From: Granulosicoccaceae bacterium
GTDB taxonomy: Bacteria; Pseudomonadota; Gammaproteobacteria; Granulosicoccales; Granulosicoccaceae
Length of the DNA: 64,000 nucleotides
Assembly: GCA_020629835.1 (NCBI GenBank)
Contig: JAHDCO010000017.1
Span: forward strand, 398 to 64,397
Direction of reading: 5' to 3'
Shown here: positions 20,294 through 30,181 of the stretch, piece by piece
Position numbering within the stretch: position 1 is the first letter of the stretch
Layout of the letters: each line of letters begins with the position of its first letter
The notes under the pieces: generated by a model
Databases searched by the model: none
The model's input: only the letters and a program-made list of their open reading frames with translations
What the model was told of the DNA's origin: nothing
Translations under genes and position numbers: made by a program

Positions 20294-21379
20294 CTACTGA
20301 ACGTTCAAACAGCGAGCAAATCCATCGTTAACCTCGGCCAGTACCTCAGTGAACGTTTGGTTGTCGGATGTTACACCGAGTATATCGATGGTCTCCACGT
20401 TAATGCTGTCATCAACTTTTAGCATACTGACCCAGCGTGGGTTGGTGTAGGGGTCTGTGATGATGCAGCTGACATTTTCATTCTTCGCCAGTTGCTGCAA
20501 CGCCTGAACTTGTTTGGGGCCAGGGCTAATGTGTGTGCTTGCGAACACGCTGCCAATGGATTCCAGCCCAAACTGAGCTTCAAAGTATTGTGTTGAATCG
20601 TGCAGCGTAATAAAACGCGCGCCGGTGTTTTCACTCCAGCGTGCTTGTTGAGATTCATAGATTGCTGTTAGCTCGGCTATTAACCTGGTTTCCTGATCCG
20701 TAACTTCTGCTTTCAGGGTTGGGTAAAGCGTTATCAACCGATCGGCAATGACGGACACAATGGATTTTAAGTTATTGGTGTCAATCCACAGATGGGGATC
20801 AATGTTGCTATTGGCTGGCGAAGTGCTTTCTGCTGCGGAAGAATCTGCAGCCTTTGAACCCAGCAGATCCAGCCGCTGGATTTCGAGGTGGCTGTGAACG
20901 TGTTCTTGACGTACGGCGAGTTTATTTAATTCGCTGTTGTCTAATTCACTGATGACCAACATCGGTTTAGTACGGGCAACCGCTTCAATGGCACTACTCA
21001 GCTTTGGCATGAACGCTCGGTCTATCATGATGACCAGATCGGCATCACTCAGGGCGCGAACGGCACTGGGCTTCATGGAATAGTGATGCGGTGACTGTTT
21101 GGCATCCAGCAAGCTTGTGACGCTGCCTCGCCCTCCTAACAGCGTAGTAACCAGCGACCCAATAATAGGAATATCGGTGACGATATAAGGTTGCACCTTG
21201 CTCTCGGAGGCCATCGCGGGTCTGGGGGTGTTGGCAACCGTACTAACGAGCATCAAGTCGACGGGTGTCGGCGCCAAGGGGGCATCTGAGAAACTGCCAG
21301 CACGGCCAAGTGCGCTGAGCGCGAAAGCCGCTACACAGCCAATTACGATCGCGTTTCGTCGAATGGGGTACTTATCCAT
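20294..21379 (-). CDS. znuA: zinc ABC transporter substrate-binding protein
   Basis: SPHHYSMKPS, DPHLWID, HDSTQYFE and ETIDILG; divergent from zur-znuCB. Confidence 0.85.
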   Translation of the reverse strand: MDKYPIRRNAIVIGCVAAFALSALGRAGSFSDAPLAPTPVDLMLVSTVANTPRPAMASESKVQPYIVTDIPIIGSLVTTLLGGRGSVTSLLDAKQSPHHYSMKPSAVRALSDADLVIMIDRAFMPKLSSAIEAVARTKPMLVISELDNSELNKLAVRQEHVHSHLEIQRLDLLGSKAADSSAAESTSPANSNIDPHLWIDTNNLKSIVSVIADRLITLYPTLKAEVTDQETRLIAELTAIYESQQARWSENTGARFITLHDSTQYFEAQFGLESIGSVFASTHISPGPKQVQALQQLAKNENVSCIITDPYTNPRWVSMLKVDDSINVETIDILGVTSDNQTFTEVLAEVNDGFARCLNVQ

Positions 21380-21381
21380 GA

Positions 21382-21396
21382 CGCTATAGTATTACA
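21382..21396. promoter_or_regulatory. Zur-box-like site CGCTATAGTATTACA
   Basis: 11 of 14 positions match TGTTATA-N-TATAACA; lies in the 49-bp znuA/zur spacer. Confidence 0.55.
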
Positions 21397-21428
21397 ATAG
21401 TGGTCCTCCCAAGTCGCCCGATCTCCCT

Positions 21429-21920
21429 ATGGCCGCACAATCTGCTAAATCTGTCGCGCCACCAGGCTTCAAGAGCCACAATCACAAACACTGCATTGAG
21501 CGAGCGGTTACTCACGCCAAGCAGAGCTGCCAAGCGAACGGGCTGCAGTTCACCGCCATTCGGCAGCGGGTGTTGGAAATTCTACTCACGCAGCACAAGG
21601 CCATGGGTGCCTACGACATCCTGGATCAGTTGAAAGAGGACGGGTTTAATTCTCAACCACCGGTGGCTTACCGAGCGCTCGATTTTCTGGTTCAGCATGG
21701 TTTTGCGCATAAAATTGAGCGGCTTAATGCGTTCATCGCCTGCCATTCACCTGAGAACGACCACACGCCCACGTTTTTTATTTGCCGGCTATGTAGCTCG
21801 GTTGTGGAAACCCAACCTGAGTTAACTCGAGGAGCACTGGGCAAAACAGCGAAAGATGTGGGTTTTCTCATCGAGCAAACGGTAGTTGAAGTGGAGGGTG
21901 TGTGTCCCAACTGCCGCTGA
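21429..21920 (+). CDS. zur: zinc uptake regulator (Fur family)
   Basis: HNHKHC, AYDIL, PPVAYRALDFL and CRLC/CPNC zinc sites. Confidence 0.92.
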   Translation: MAAQSAKSVAPPGFKSHNHKHCIERAVTHAKQSCQANGLQFTAIRQRVLEILLTQHKAMGAYDILDQLKEDGFNSQPPVAYRALDFLVQHGFAHKIERLNAFIACHSPENDHTPTFFICRLCSSVVETQPELTRGALGKTAKDVGFLIEQTVVEVEGVCPNCR

Positions 21921-22624
21921 TCCAGGCAAATGAGCTGTCGGTTCATCGCGGCACGGACGCCATTTTGCAACACGTTAGCCTGCGTATTCATCCTGGTGAA
22001 ATAACCACCATCGTTGGCCCAAACGGTTCGGGTAAGTCAACGCTGTTAAAAGCGTTGGTGGGCAGCGTGCCGTTAAGTCACGGCTCAATTGACCGGCAGC
22101 CGGGCCTCAGGGTGGGTTATTTACCGCAAACGGTGAACATCGATCCCACGCTGCCGCTGACCGTGGGTCGTTTGCTGAGTTTGCCAAAGATGGTCAAGCG
22201 TGCAGAAATCGATCAGGTGTTAGCACAGGCCGGTTTATCGGATTGTGCAGATCGACCGTTCACGCAATTATCGGGTGGGCAACGCCAGCGCGTGTTACTG
22301 GCGCGCGCGCTATTGGGTAATCCTCAGCTGGTTATTCTGGATGAACCCACCCAGGGCCTGGACCAGCCGGGTTCTGCACACTTCTACCGGCAAATTGAAG
22401 AGATCCGTAGCGAATTAGGTTGTGCAATTTTGATGGTCAGCCACGAACTGCATGTGGTCATGGCGTCATCGGATCACGTTATTTGCTTAAACGGCCATGT
22501 GTGTTGTGCTGGCCGTCCCGAGCAAGTGGCTACCGCTCCGGAATACCGTGCGTTATTTGGAACGGGTACTCAGGGCGCGTTAGCGTTGTATCGTCATGAG
22601 CATACCCACCATCATGATCACTAA
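21902..22624 (+). CDS. znuC: zinc ABC transporter ATP-binding protein
   Basis: GPNGSGKST, LSGGQRQR, LDEPTQG, SHELHVVM, HVCCAG and His tail. Confidence 0.93.
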   Translation: MSQLPLIQANELSVHRGTDAILQHVSLRIHPGEITTIVGPNGSGKSTLLKALVGSVPLSHGSIDRQPGLRVGYLPQTVNIDPTLPLTVGRLLSLPKMVKRAEIDQVLAQAGLSDCADRPFTQLSGGQRQRVLLARALLGNPQLVILDEPTQGLDQPGSAHFYRQIEEIRSELGCAILMVSHELHVVMASSDHVICLNGHVCCAGRPEQVATAPEYRALFGTGTQGALALYRHEHTHHHDH

Positions 22625-22641
22625 GCGCGTTTGCTAAAGCC

Positions 22642-23442
22642 ATGAACGTACTCGACGACTTCCTATGGCGTGCCGCGTTGGCTGGAATCGGTGTTGCCGT
22701 GATTGCCGCGCCGTTAGGCTGTTTTGTTGTGTGGCGGCGCATGGCGTACTTCGGTGATGCGACAGCGCATGCAGCGATTTTGGGTGTCGCGCTGTCGTTA
22801 GCGTTGGATGTGTCGATTTTATTTGGCGCGTTAGCCATGGCGTTATTTATGGCTGTTTCCGTGTCTGCGTTGCGTGACAGGGGGTATCCGATGGACACAG
22901 TACTCGGCGTGTTAGCTCATTCCGCGCTGGCGTTTGGCCTTGTGGCGGTTTCGTTTGTTTCAGGTATTCGCGTCGATGTCTCAGCCTATCTGTTTGGAGA
23001 TATTTTGACGGTTTCGGTGACAGACCTTGCACTCATTGCCTGCGGTGTTGCCAGTGTGTTGGGATTACTGGTGTGGCGGTGGAATCGTTTACTGATCGCA
23101 ACGGTTAATGAAGAAATGGCTCAGGCAGCCGGTGTGAATCCAAAGTCTGAACAGTGGGTGCTTACGTTTGCACTCGCTGTGGTTGTGGCCGTCGCAATCA
23201 AAGTGGTTGGTGCGTTGCTTATTGGAGCCTTGCTGCTGATTCCGGCTGCAACAGCGCGACGATTTGCCGGCACCCCAGAAGCGATGGCCGTACTCGCAGC
23301 CGTTTTTGGTGTGGTATCCGCACTCACTGGGCTGTATGTATCCTGGTATTTGGATACCCCAACCGGCCCTAGTATGGTGTGCGTCTGTGCCGTGTTGTTT
23401 TGGGGATCAACCTTGATTAGAAAAACAGGTAGTGTTGTTTGA
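22642..23442 (+). CDS. znuB: zinc ABC transporter permease
   Basis: GCFVVWRRMAYFGDATAHA and YLFGDIL. Confidence 0.93.
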   Translation: MNVLDDFLWRAALAGIGVAVIAAPLGCFVVWRRMAYFGDATAHAAILGVALSLALDVSILFGALAMALFMAVSVSALRDRGYPMDTVLGVLAHSALAFGLVAVSFVSGIRVDVSAYLFGDILTVSVTDLALIACGVASVLGLLVWRWNRLLIATVNEEMAQAAGVNPKSEQWVLTFALAVVVAVAIKVVGALLIGALLLIPAATARRFAGTPEAMAVLAAVFGVVSALTGLYVSWYLDTPTGPSMVCVCAVLFWGSTLIRKTGSVV

Positions 23443-24347
23443 ATAGCATAAACAACCTGTGGGTAATACTGTTTAAGTACACGTTACTCAGTGCATTTTT
23501 ACTGATTGCTCCATCTTATGTGTTGGCCAGTGAAGACAAGTTAGCTGAACGCGAACGGGATGAGTCAGACACGGTCGATAACCCTTACGTATTCGTCGCC
23601 CATAAGCAGAATTACGTGTTACCTGTGAGCTACACCAGTGCCTTAAACCGCACGGTGTACGACGAGATAGACCCTGAGATCACAAGCTTCTACGGCCCGG
23701 AGGAAGTTAAGTTTCAGTTAAGCCTTAAAGTGCAACTGAATGATCGGGATTTGTTTACCGCTGGTGATGCCTTGCAGGTGGGTTTTACCCTGGAAGCCTG
23801 GTGGCAGCTTTACTCAAAGGACGTGTCCAGCCCGTTCAGAGAAATTAATTATCAACCTGAACTCTTCTATGTGGTGCCACTGACGTGGAAACCACTTGGC
23901 CTGCAACCCACAGCGCTGTTTGGCATTGAACATCAGTCCAACGGTCAGGTACAGGGTTTGTCGCGCAGCTGGAACCGCGTTTACGCCGGGCTGATGTTTG
24001 AAGGCCCTCGCTTTTATGGCTTCATTAAGCCCTGGTATCGCATACCGGAGAAGGAAAAACCCGCAGCGAACAGTCCCGAAGGGGACGATAACCCGAACAT
24101 CCTCGACTTCATGGGGTACGGGGAAGTCGCGCTTGGCTGGCGCGGAGACACCTACCGTGTGCTCGGTAACCTGCGCGGTAACCCGAAAACCGGTAAGGGG
24201 GCGTTTAGCGTCGCGTTGAGTTTCCCGTTATTTCAGCGCTTTCGCGGGGTAGTGCATTATTTTAATGGTTATGGCGATGCGCTAGTGGATTATGACCACT
24301 TCCAGCAGCGCCTCGGTGTTGGCATACTGTTATCCAATATGTTCTAG
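23439..24347 (+). CDS. pldA: outer-membrane phospholipase A
   Basis: EVKFQLSLK, SSPFREINYQPE, catalytic HQSNG, SRSWNR and C-terminal Phe. Confidence 0.92.
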   Translation: MNSINNLWVILFKYTLLSAFLLIAPSYVLASEDKLAERERDESDTVDNPYVFVAHKQNYVLPVSYTSALNRTVYDEIDPEITSFYGPEEVKFQLSLKVQLNDRDLFTAGDALQVGFTLEAWWQLYSKDVSSPFREINYQPELFYVVPLTWKPLGLQPTALFGIEHQSNGQVQGLSRSWNRVYAGLMFEGPRFYGFIKPWYRIPEKEKPAANSPEGDDNPNILDFMGYGEVALGWRGDTYRVLGNLRGNPKTGKGAFSVALSFPLFQRFRGVVHYFNGYGDALVDYDHFQQRLGVGILLSNMF

Positions 24348-24363
24348 CCGTTTGAGCGTTTGT

Positions 24364-24918
24364 ATGGATTCAGCCAGTCAAGGCAGTGCCGTTTGTATCA
24401 GGCCGTGCGAAATCGAAGACATGGTTGCCGTACATGCGATTTATGAAGAGCAGGTGCGGTTTGGGTCAGCAAGCTTTGAAGAAATTCCGCCGTCTGTGGA
24501 TGCCTTAACTGAGCGGCGTAATGCCATCGTATCCATCGGTTTTCCCTATCTCGTTGCGGTCATCGAAGGTGCCGTCGTCGGTTATGCCTATGCGGGGCGT
24601 TATCGTCCAAGATCAGCCTATCGACACACAGCCGAAAATTCTGTGTATGTGCACGAACGCTTTCGCGGCCATGGGGTAGGTAAAGCGTTACTGCTGGAAA
24701 TTATTCACGCCTGTGAACAAATTGGTTTGCGTGAATTGGTGGGAATCGTTGGCGACTCCAGCAACACGGGTTCTGTGCGTTTGCACGAAAGCTGCGGCTT
24801 CGAGGTAGTGGGTACCTTAAAGAACGTTGGCTACAAACACGAACGTTGGCTGGATACCGTGGTTATGCAGAAAACCTTAACGCCGATAGACGCACGGCCG
24901 TTACCGCCACTGGCTTAA
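24364..24918 (+). CDS. GNAT N-acetyltransferase (phosphinothricin/methionine-sulfoximine acetyltransferase type)
   Basis: SFEEIPP, GYAYAG, ENSVYV, RGHGVGKALL and VGYKHERWLD. ATG 24364 preferred. Confidence 0.88.
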   Translation: MDSASQGSAVCIRPCEIEDMVAVHAIYEEQVRFGSASFEEIPPSVDALTERRNAIVSIGFPYLVAVIEGAVVGYAYAGRYRPRSAYRHTAENSVYVHERFRGHGVGKALLLEIIHACEQIGLRELVGIVGDSSNTGSVRLHESCGFEVVGTLKNVGYKHERWLDTVVMQKTLTPIDARPLPPLA

Positions 24919-26327
24919 GATAATCCGTACGGAATAATCTTCCGAACGTTTTGATCAATGTGCAGTGTGCTCTTTAATGGCGGCGCCGCACGTTGTACGC
25001 AATCGGCACGTTCGCAAATGCGGCACGACACACCGATGGGTTCGTAGGCTTCTGGCGCGGCTGCATTTAATTGAGAGCCGTACACGAACTGATCGATGTA
25101 TTTCACCTCGCACCCTAACGCCAGTGCATAGCGTCGATTCGGATCGGTAAAACCGCCAGAGGGTTTGTCGACGGTTGTGGCTACGCATAAATACCGTTCT
25201 CCATCCGGTGTTTCAGCCAATTGCCGGATGAATTGCCCGGGGCTTTCAAACGCTTTGTGCGCATTCCACAACGGGCATGCGGAACCAAAACGAGCGAATT
25301 GCAGTTTGGTAGCGCTGTGACGTTTGGTTATGTTGCCCGCACGATCGACGCGCGCGAAGAAGATGGGTACACCGGTAAGGCCAGGTCGCTGTAGCGTGCT
25401 TAAGCGGTGGGCCACTTGTTCGATGCTGGTATCAAATTCATCCGCTAACAACATCAAGTCGTGTTGCAGCCGCCGGGCTGCAGCATGGAATGCTTCATAC
25501 GGCATCAGGGTTGCGCCAGCAAAGTAGTTTGCAACACCGATGCGGCAAATGTCGGCCGCCTCATCGGTACGAAACTGAGCTGATGCGATCAACGCATCGA
25601 TGGTGCTGCTGTGTTCCAGTAAGCCGATATGGCAGGCAATCTGAAACGCGCGCGTGGCTCGGCTGTGCCGTTTATTTAAGTACAGAGAATTACCACCTGG
25701 CACGTAATGACGAAGCGTTGCGCTGTCGCCGTCTTCTAAGACGATGCGTAAGTGATGCTTCGCCTCAGCATAAGCACTCAGTGCATCAAAGGGGTCCCGT
25801 GCGCTGGGGTCGAGTCGTTTAGTTAAATCTTCAGCAGCGGTATCCAAATCATGCAAGTAGTTATTGGTGAAGTGGAAATAGTCACGCACTTCTTCATAAG
25901 GCGTTGGCTCTGATAACGATCCGGTACGATGAATGGAATCATCCAGTTCGGCCAGTTGATCGCTGGTTTGGCGCAGCGCCTGGTGCATGGTGATTAAGGC
26001 CCGTGCCACGCCCGGTGAATTCTGGGTAGCCAGTTTCAGCTCGTGGGCTGATGGTGCACGTCCTTTGAATACCGGGTCAGCGAAGCATTCCACCAAGTCA
26101 GCCAACAGGCGTTCGTGGTCGTGAGAGGACAGGGTGGCGATATCCACCGAATACTGTTCGGCCAGGGCCAGCAGCACCGTCGCGGTCACATGGCGCTGGT
26201 TGTTCTCCATCTGATTCAGGTAGCTGGTTGAAATACCCAGCGCCTTGGCAAAACCGGCCTGTGTCAGTTCGTGTTCCGTGCGGATATCGCGCAAGGACTG
26301 GCCAATAAAAAGTTTGGAGGATCGCAT
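24915..26327 (-). CDS. pccR: XRE/ScfR-family short-chain acyl-CoA regulator (PccR-like)
   Basis: N-terminal HTH (GISTSYLNQMENNQR), NYFAGA, HRLSTLQRP, RFGSACPLWN and CRICERADC; divergent from pccB. Confidence 0.82.
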   Translation of the reverse strand: MRSSKLFIGQSLRDIRTEHELTQAGFAKALGISTSYLNQMENNQRHVTATVLLALAEQYSVDIATLSSHDHERLLADLVECFADPVFKGRAPSAHELKLATQNSPGVARALITMHQALRQTSDQLAELDDSIHRTGSLSEPTPYEEVRDYFHFTNNYLHDLDTAAEDLTKRLDPSARDPFDALSAYAEAKHHLRIVLEDGDSATLRHYVPGGNSLYLNKRHSRATRAFQIACHIGLLEHSSTIDALIASAQFRTDEAADICRIGVANYFAGATLMPYEAFHAAARRLQHDLMLLADEFDTSIEQVAHRLSTLQRPGLTGVPIFFARVDRAGNITKRHSATKLQFARFGSACPLWNAHKAFESPGQFIRQLAETPDGERYLCVATTVDKPSGGFTDPNRRYALALGCEVKYIDQFVYGSQLNAAAPEAYEPIGVSCRICERADCVQRAAPPLKSTLHIDQNVRKIIPYGLS

Positions 26328-26349
26328 TTCGCAATTTTACTAAAACACA

Positions 26350-26501
26350 TTTGCAATATGCAAATATCACAATTCACCACTTGAATCTAATCGACGAAAA
26401 AGCCTTAAGTCACTATGATCAGTGTGTGTTAGTGCCGGTTTTGCGCGTATTGGCGTGTATTTCCGCGCATTGCAAGCCTATCCAGCCTTTGCAAATTTTG
26501 C
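26350..26501. promoter_or_regulatory. candidate PccR sites: TTTGCA-ATA-TGCAAA (26350-26364), TTGCAA (26470-26475) and TTTGCAAA (26488-26495)
   Basis: Repeated TTTGCAAA-like boxes in the pccR/pccB spacer, resembling the TTTGCAAA motif described for PccR in Rhodobacter. Confidence 0.55.
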
Positions 26502-26544
26502 CCATATCCACCGCTGCTGGCGGTGAAGACCAAGACAGAGCCGT

Positions 26545-28077
26545 ATGAACCCTATCCTGAAAGAGTTGGAAGATCGACGAGCCGCCGCCCGCCTGGGCGG
26601 GGGACAAACCCGCATCGACCGTCAGCACGACAAAGGTAAGCTAACCGCGCGTGAGCGGGTGGACGTCCTGTTGGACGACGGGTCCTTCGAAGAATACGAC
26701 CTGTACAAAACCCACCGCTGCACCGATTTCGGCATGGCCGATCAGCAAATCCCGGGCGATGGTGTAGTCACGGGCTGGGGCACCATCAATCAACGACCCG
26801 TTTATGTATTTTCTCAGGACTTCACGGTGTACGGCGGTTCCTTGTCCGAAACGCACGCTGAGAAAATCATGAAAGTCATGGACTTGGCCATGCAAAACGG
26901 CGTTCCCATTATCGGGTTAAACGATTCTGGTGGTGCGCGTATCCAGGAGGGTGTGGCATCCCTGGGTGGTTACGCCGAAGTGTTCTGGCGAAATGCGCAG
27001 GCCTCGGGCGTTATTCCACAAATATCGGTGATTATGGGTCCCTGTGCGGGCGGCGCTGTGTACTCACCTGCCATGACCGATTTTGTGTTCATGGTGAAAG
27101 ACACCAGCTACATGTTTGTCACAGGCCCCGATGTAGTTAAAACCGTGACCAATGAAGTGGTAACCGCAGAAGAGCTTGGCGGTGCTAAGACGCACACGCA
27201 CACATCCTCAGTTGCCGATGCTGCGTTCGATAATGATTTTGAAACGCTTATGGAAGTGCGTCGCTTGTTTGATTACCTACCGCAAAGCAGCGACGACAGT
27301 GCGCCCATTCGGCAATGCCACGACCCCTACGACCGAGAGGATGTATCGCTGGATACGCTGGTACCCGGTGATGCCAACAAGCCGTACGACATGCGAGAGG
27401 CGGTCGTCAGCATTGCCGATGACCGGGAGTTCTTTGAAATTCAGCGCGACTTTGCTGGCAACATTCTGTGCGGTTTTGTTCGCATTCATGGGGAAACCGT
27501 GGGTGTTATCGCCAATCAACCGATGGTGTTGGCCGGTTGTTTAGACATCAACAGTTCGCGCAAAGCGGCGCGATTTGTGCGCTTTTGCGATGCGTTCAAT
27601 GTGCCGCTGGTAACGCTTGTTGATGTGCCTGGGTTCCTGCCCGGCACAGCACAGGAATACGGCGGCATCATTAAACACGGTGCCAAATTGCTGTTTGCTT
27701 ACGCCGAAGCCACTGTGCCAAAGATCACGGTGATCGTGCGTAAAGCCTATGGCGGTGCTTACGACGTCATGGCATCCAAACACATTCGTGCGGACGTCAA
27801 TTACGCCTGGCCAACGGCTGAGATTGCGGTCATGGGAGCTAAGGGCGCTACTGAAATTTTGTACCGCAGTGAGTTGGATGACCCTGAAAAGATTGCGCAA
27901 CGAACCGCGGACTACGAAGCGCGCTTTGCTAACCCCTTTATCGCAGCGCAACGAGGCTTTATTGATGAAGTCATACAACCGCATTCCACACGGCGGCGGT
28001 TAGCACGAAGCTTATCGTTGTTGCGGGGCAAGCAAGCGCCACGACCACGCCGTAAACACGACAACATTCCACTGTAA
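26545..28077 (+). CDS. pccB: propionyl-CoA carboxylase beta subunit
   Basis: [35 protein letters not shown] and KAYGGAY. Confidence 0.95.
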   Translation: MNPILKELEDRRAAARLGGGQTRIDRQHDKGKLTARERVDVLLDDGSFEEYDLYKTHRCTDFGMADQQIPGDGVVTGWGTINQRPVYVFSQDFTVYGGSLSETHAEKIMKVMDLAMQNGVPIIGLNDSGGARIQEGVASLGGYAEVFWRNAQASGVIPQISVIMGPCAGGAVYSPAMTDFVFMVKDTSYMFVTGPDVVKTVTNEVVTAEELGGAKTHTHTSSVADAAFDNDFETLMEVRRLFDYLPQSSDDSAPIRQCHDPYDREDVSLDTLVPGDANKPYDMREAVVSIADDREFFEIQRDFAGNILCGFVRIHGETVGVIANQPMVLAGCLDINSSRKAARFVRFCDAFNVPLVTLVDVPGFLPGTAQEYGGIIKHGAKLLFAYAEATVPKITVIVRKAYGGAYDVMASKHIRADVNYAWPTAEIAVMGAKGATEILYRSELDDPEKIAQRTADYEARFANPFIAAQRGFIDEVIQPHSTRRRLARSLSLLRGKQAPRPRRKHDNIPL

Positions 28078-28087
28078 GGGACGCATC

Positions 28088-30181
28088 ATGATTAAGAAAA
28101 TTTTGGTGGCAAACCGCGGTGAAATTGCCTGCCGTGTGTTTGCAACGGCAAAACGTCTTGGAATAGAAACCGTCGCTGTTCATTCGGATGTGGATGCGGA
28201 TGCCTTGCATGTGCGCTATGCCGATGAAGCGGTATCCATTGGCGGTACTACTGCTGCTGACAGTTACCTGGTTATCGATAAGATCATACAAGCCTGCAAA
28301 GATACTCAGGCTGATGCCGTGCATCCCGGGTACGGTTTTTTATCTGAACAAGCGGACTTCGCTGAAGCCTTAGCGGCTGAGAATATTACGTTTATCGGCC
28401 CCCGGGCTGACGCCATTCGCAAGATGGGCGACAAGATCACGTCCAAGAAGCTTTCTGCGGATGCCGGAGTGAGCACGGTACCTGGTCATATGGATTTGAT
28501 TCGTGATGCCGAGCATTGTGCGGAAATTTCCGATGACATCGGCTACCCCGTCATGATTAAAGCCAGTGCGGGTGGTGGCGGCAAAGGGATGCGCATTGCC
28601 TGGAACACCGAAGAGGCGAAAGAGGGGTTTGAACGTTCGCAATCGGAAGCAAAATCTTCGTTTGGTGATGATCGAATTTTCGTTGAAAAATTTATTACCG
28701 AACCTCGGCACATTGAAATTCAGGTGATGGCGGATAACCACGGCAATGTGATTTATCTCGGCGAACGTGAGTGTTCGATTCAACGGCGAAACCAAAAGGT
28801 CATAGAAGAAGCGCCATCACCGTTTTTGGATGAAGCCACTCGCAAAGCGATGGGTGAGCAGTCGGTTGCGCTGAGTAAAGCAGTAAATTACTCCGGTGCC
28901 GGTACGGTGGAATTTGTTGTAGACGCGAACCGCAACTTTTACTTTCTTGAAATGAACACGCGCCTGCAGGTTGAACATCCGGTGACTGAATTAATTACCG
29001 GTATCGACTTAGTGGAGCAGATGATCCTCGTTGCATCAGGGCAACCACTTTCAATCAAGCAAAGCGATATCAAACTCAACGGTTGGGCGGTTGAAGCACG
29101 TGTGTACGCAGAAGACCCCGTGCGTAACTTTTTGCCCGCGACGGGCCGGGTGTCTCACTACGCGCCACCTGCCGATGCTTTGGCATTTGAATTGCCACCA
29201 GCGGGAACCGATACCCCAGTGACACGCTGCGATTCAGGTATTGCTGCCGGTGGCGAGATCTCGCTGTACTACGACCCCATGATTGCCAAGCTGTGTACAT
29301 GGGCACCGACACGAGAAGGCGCAGCAATACACATGACGCACGCGTTGGATCAGTTTGAAATGAACGGCTCTGGCGATAATTTAGCTTTTTTGTCTGCGAT
29401 TGTTGAACACCCCAGATTTCGCTCGGGCAATTTGACCACAGCGTTTATTGCTGAAGAGTATCCAGATGGTTTTTCTGGCGTTGAATTAACCGAGGACATT
29501 CGTAATACGTTTGTGGCCGTTGCGACCGCACTCACACGTATTAATCAATCGCAACGGCCGTTGCTAAACGCAGGCAACGCTACGCCACAAAACGCCGAGG
29601 TACTCGCGGGCACCCGAGCACAAACGCCTATTGCATCGGTTGTCCGAATGGACGGTGTGAATTACCCCGTCTCGTGGCAGGAGACAGCTTCCTCAACGGC
29701 TGGTGATGCTTCTTGGTCGATAGAGATGAGTCTTGCAGGCAACGAATCGGCTGAACCGATTGACCTGCAGGTAGAAACCGATTGGATTCCGGGGCAATCC
29801 ATCTGCCACGCTACCGTGAATGGTCAAGCGGTTCATGTGCAAGTCGGGCTGGCGGCAGAAGGGTTTGTGTTGCAACACCGCGGTTGTGTTCAGTTGGTGC
29901 GTTTAATGTCCGCGCATAAAGCAAAACTTGCCGATCGCATGATCGAAAAGGTTCCTGAAGATACTTCGAACCAACTGTTGGCACCCATGCCGGGTTTACT
30001 GGTAGCGCTGCACGTTAAGCCAGGTGATTCAGTGGAAGAAGGTCAGGCACTGGCGATAGTGGAAGCGATGAAAATGGAAAACGTCCTGACCGCGGCACGC
30101 TCGGGTGTGGTGGCGTCGGTGCCGACAACCGAGGGGCAAAGTCTGAGTGTGGACGATGTGATTTTGGAGTTTGAGGTATGA
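28088..30181 (+). CDS. pccA: propionyl-CoA carboxylase alpha subunit (biotin carboxylase plus carrier)
   Basis: [47 protein letters not shown] and biotin site EAMKM. Confidence 0.93.
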   Translation: MIKKILVANRGEIACRVFATAKRLGIETVAVHSDVDADALHVRYADEAVSIGGTTAADSYLVIDKIIQACKDTQADAVHPGYGFLSEQADFAEALAAENITFIGPRADAIRKMGDKITSKKLSADAGVSTVPGHMDLIRDAEHCAEISDDIGYPVMIKASAGGGGKGMRIAWNTEEAKEGFERSQSEAKSSFGDDRIFVEKFITEPRHIEIQVMADNHGNVIYLGERECSIQRRNQKVIEEAPSPFLDEATRKAMGEQSVALSKAVNYSGAGTVEFVVDANRNFYFLEMNTRLQVEHPVTELITGIDLVEQMILVASGQPLSIKQSDIKLNGWAVEARVYAEDPVRNFLPATGRVSHYAPPADALAFELPPAGTDTPVTRCDSGIAAGGEISLYYDPMIAKLCTWAPTREGAAIHMTHALDQFEMNGSGDNLAFLSAIVEHPRFRSGNLTTAFIAEEYPDGFSGVELTEDIRNTFVAVATALTRINQSQRPLLNAGNATPQNAEVLAGTRAQTPIASVVRMDGVNYPVSWQETASSTAGDASWSIEMSLAGNESAEPIDLQVETDWIPGQSICHATVNGQAVHVQVGLAAEGFVLQHRGCVQLVRLMSAHKAKLADRMIEKVPEDTSNQLLAPMPGLLVALHVKPGDSVEEGQALAIVEAMKMENVLTAARSGVVASVPTTEGQSLSVDDVILEFEV

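Noticed and set aside
27541-27984. Antisense and alternate-frame ORFs over pccB, and the many similar 60-150-aa ORFs over identified genes
   Set aside because: Fully nested in well-supported genes, with no motifs; expected by chance at this GC content.
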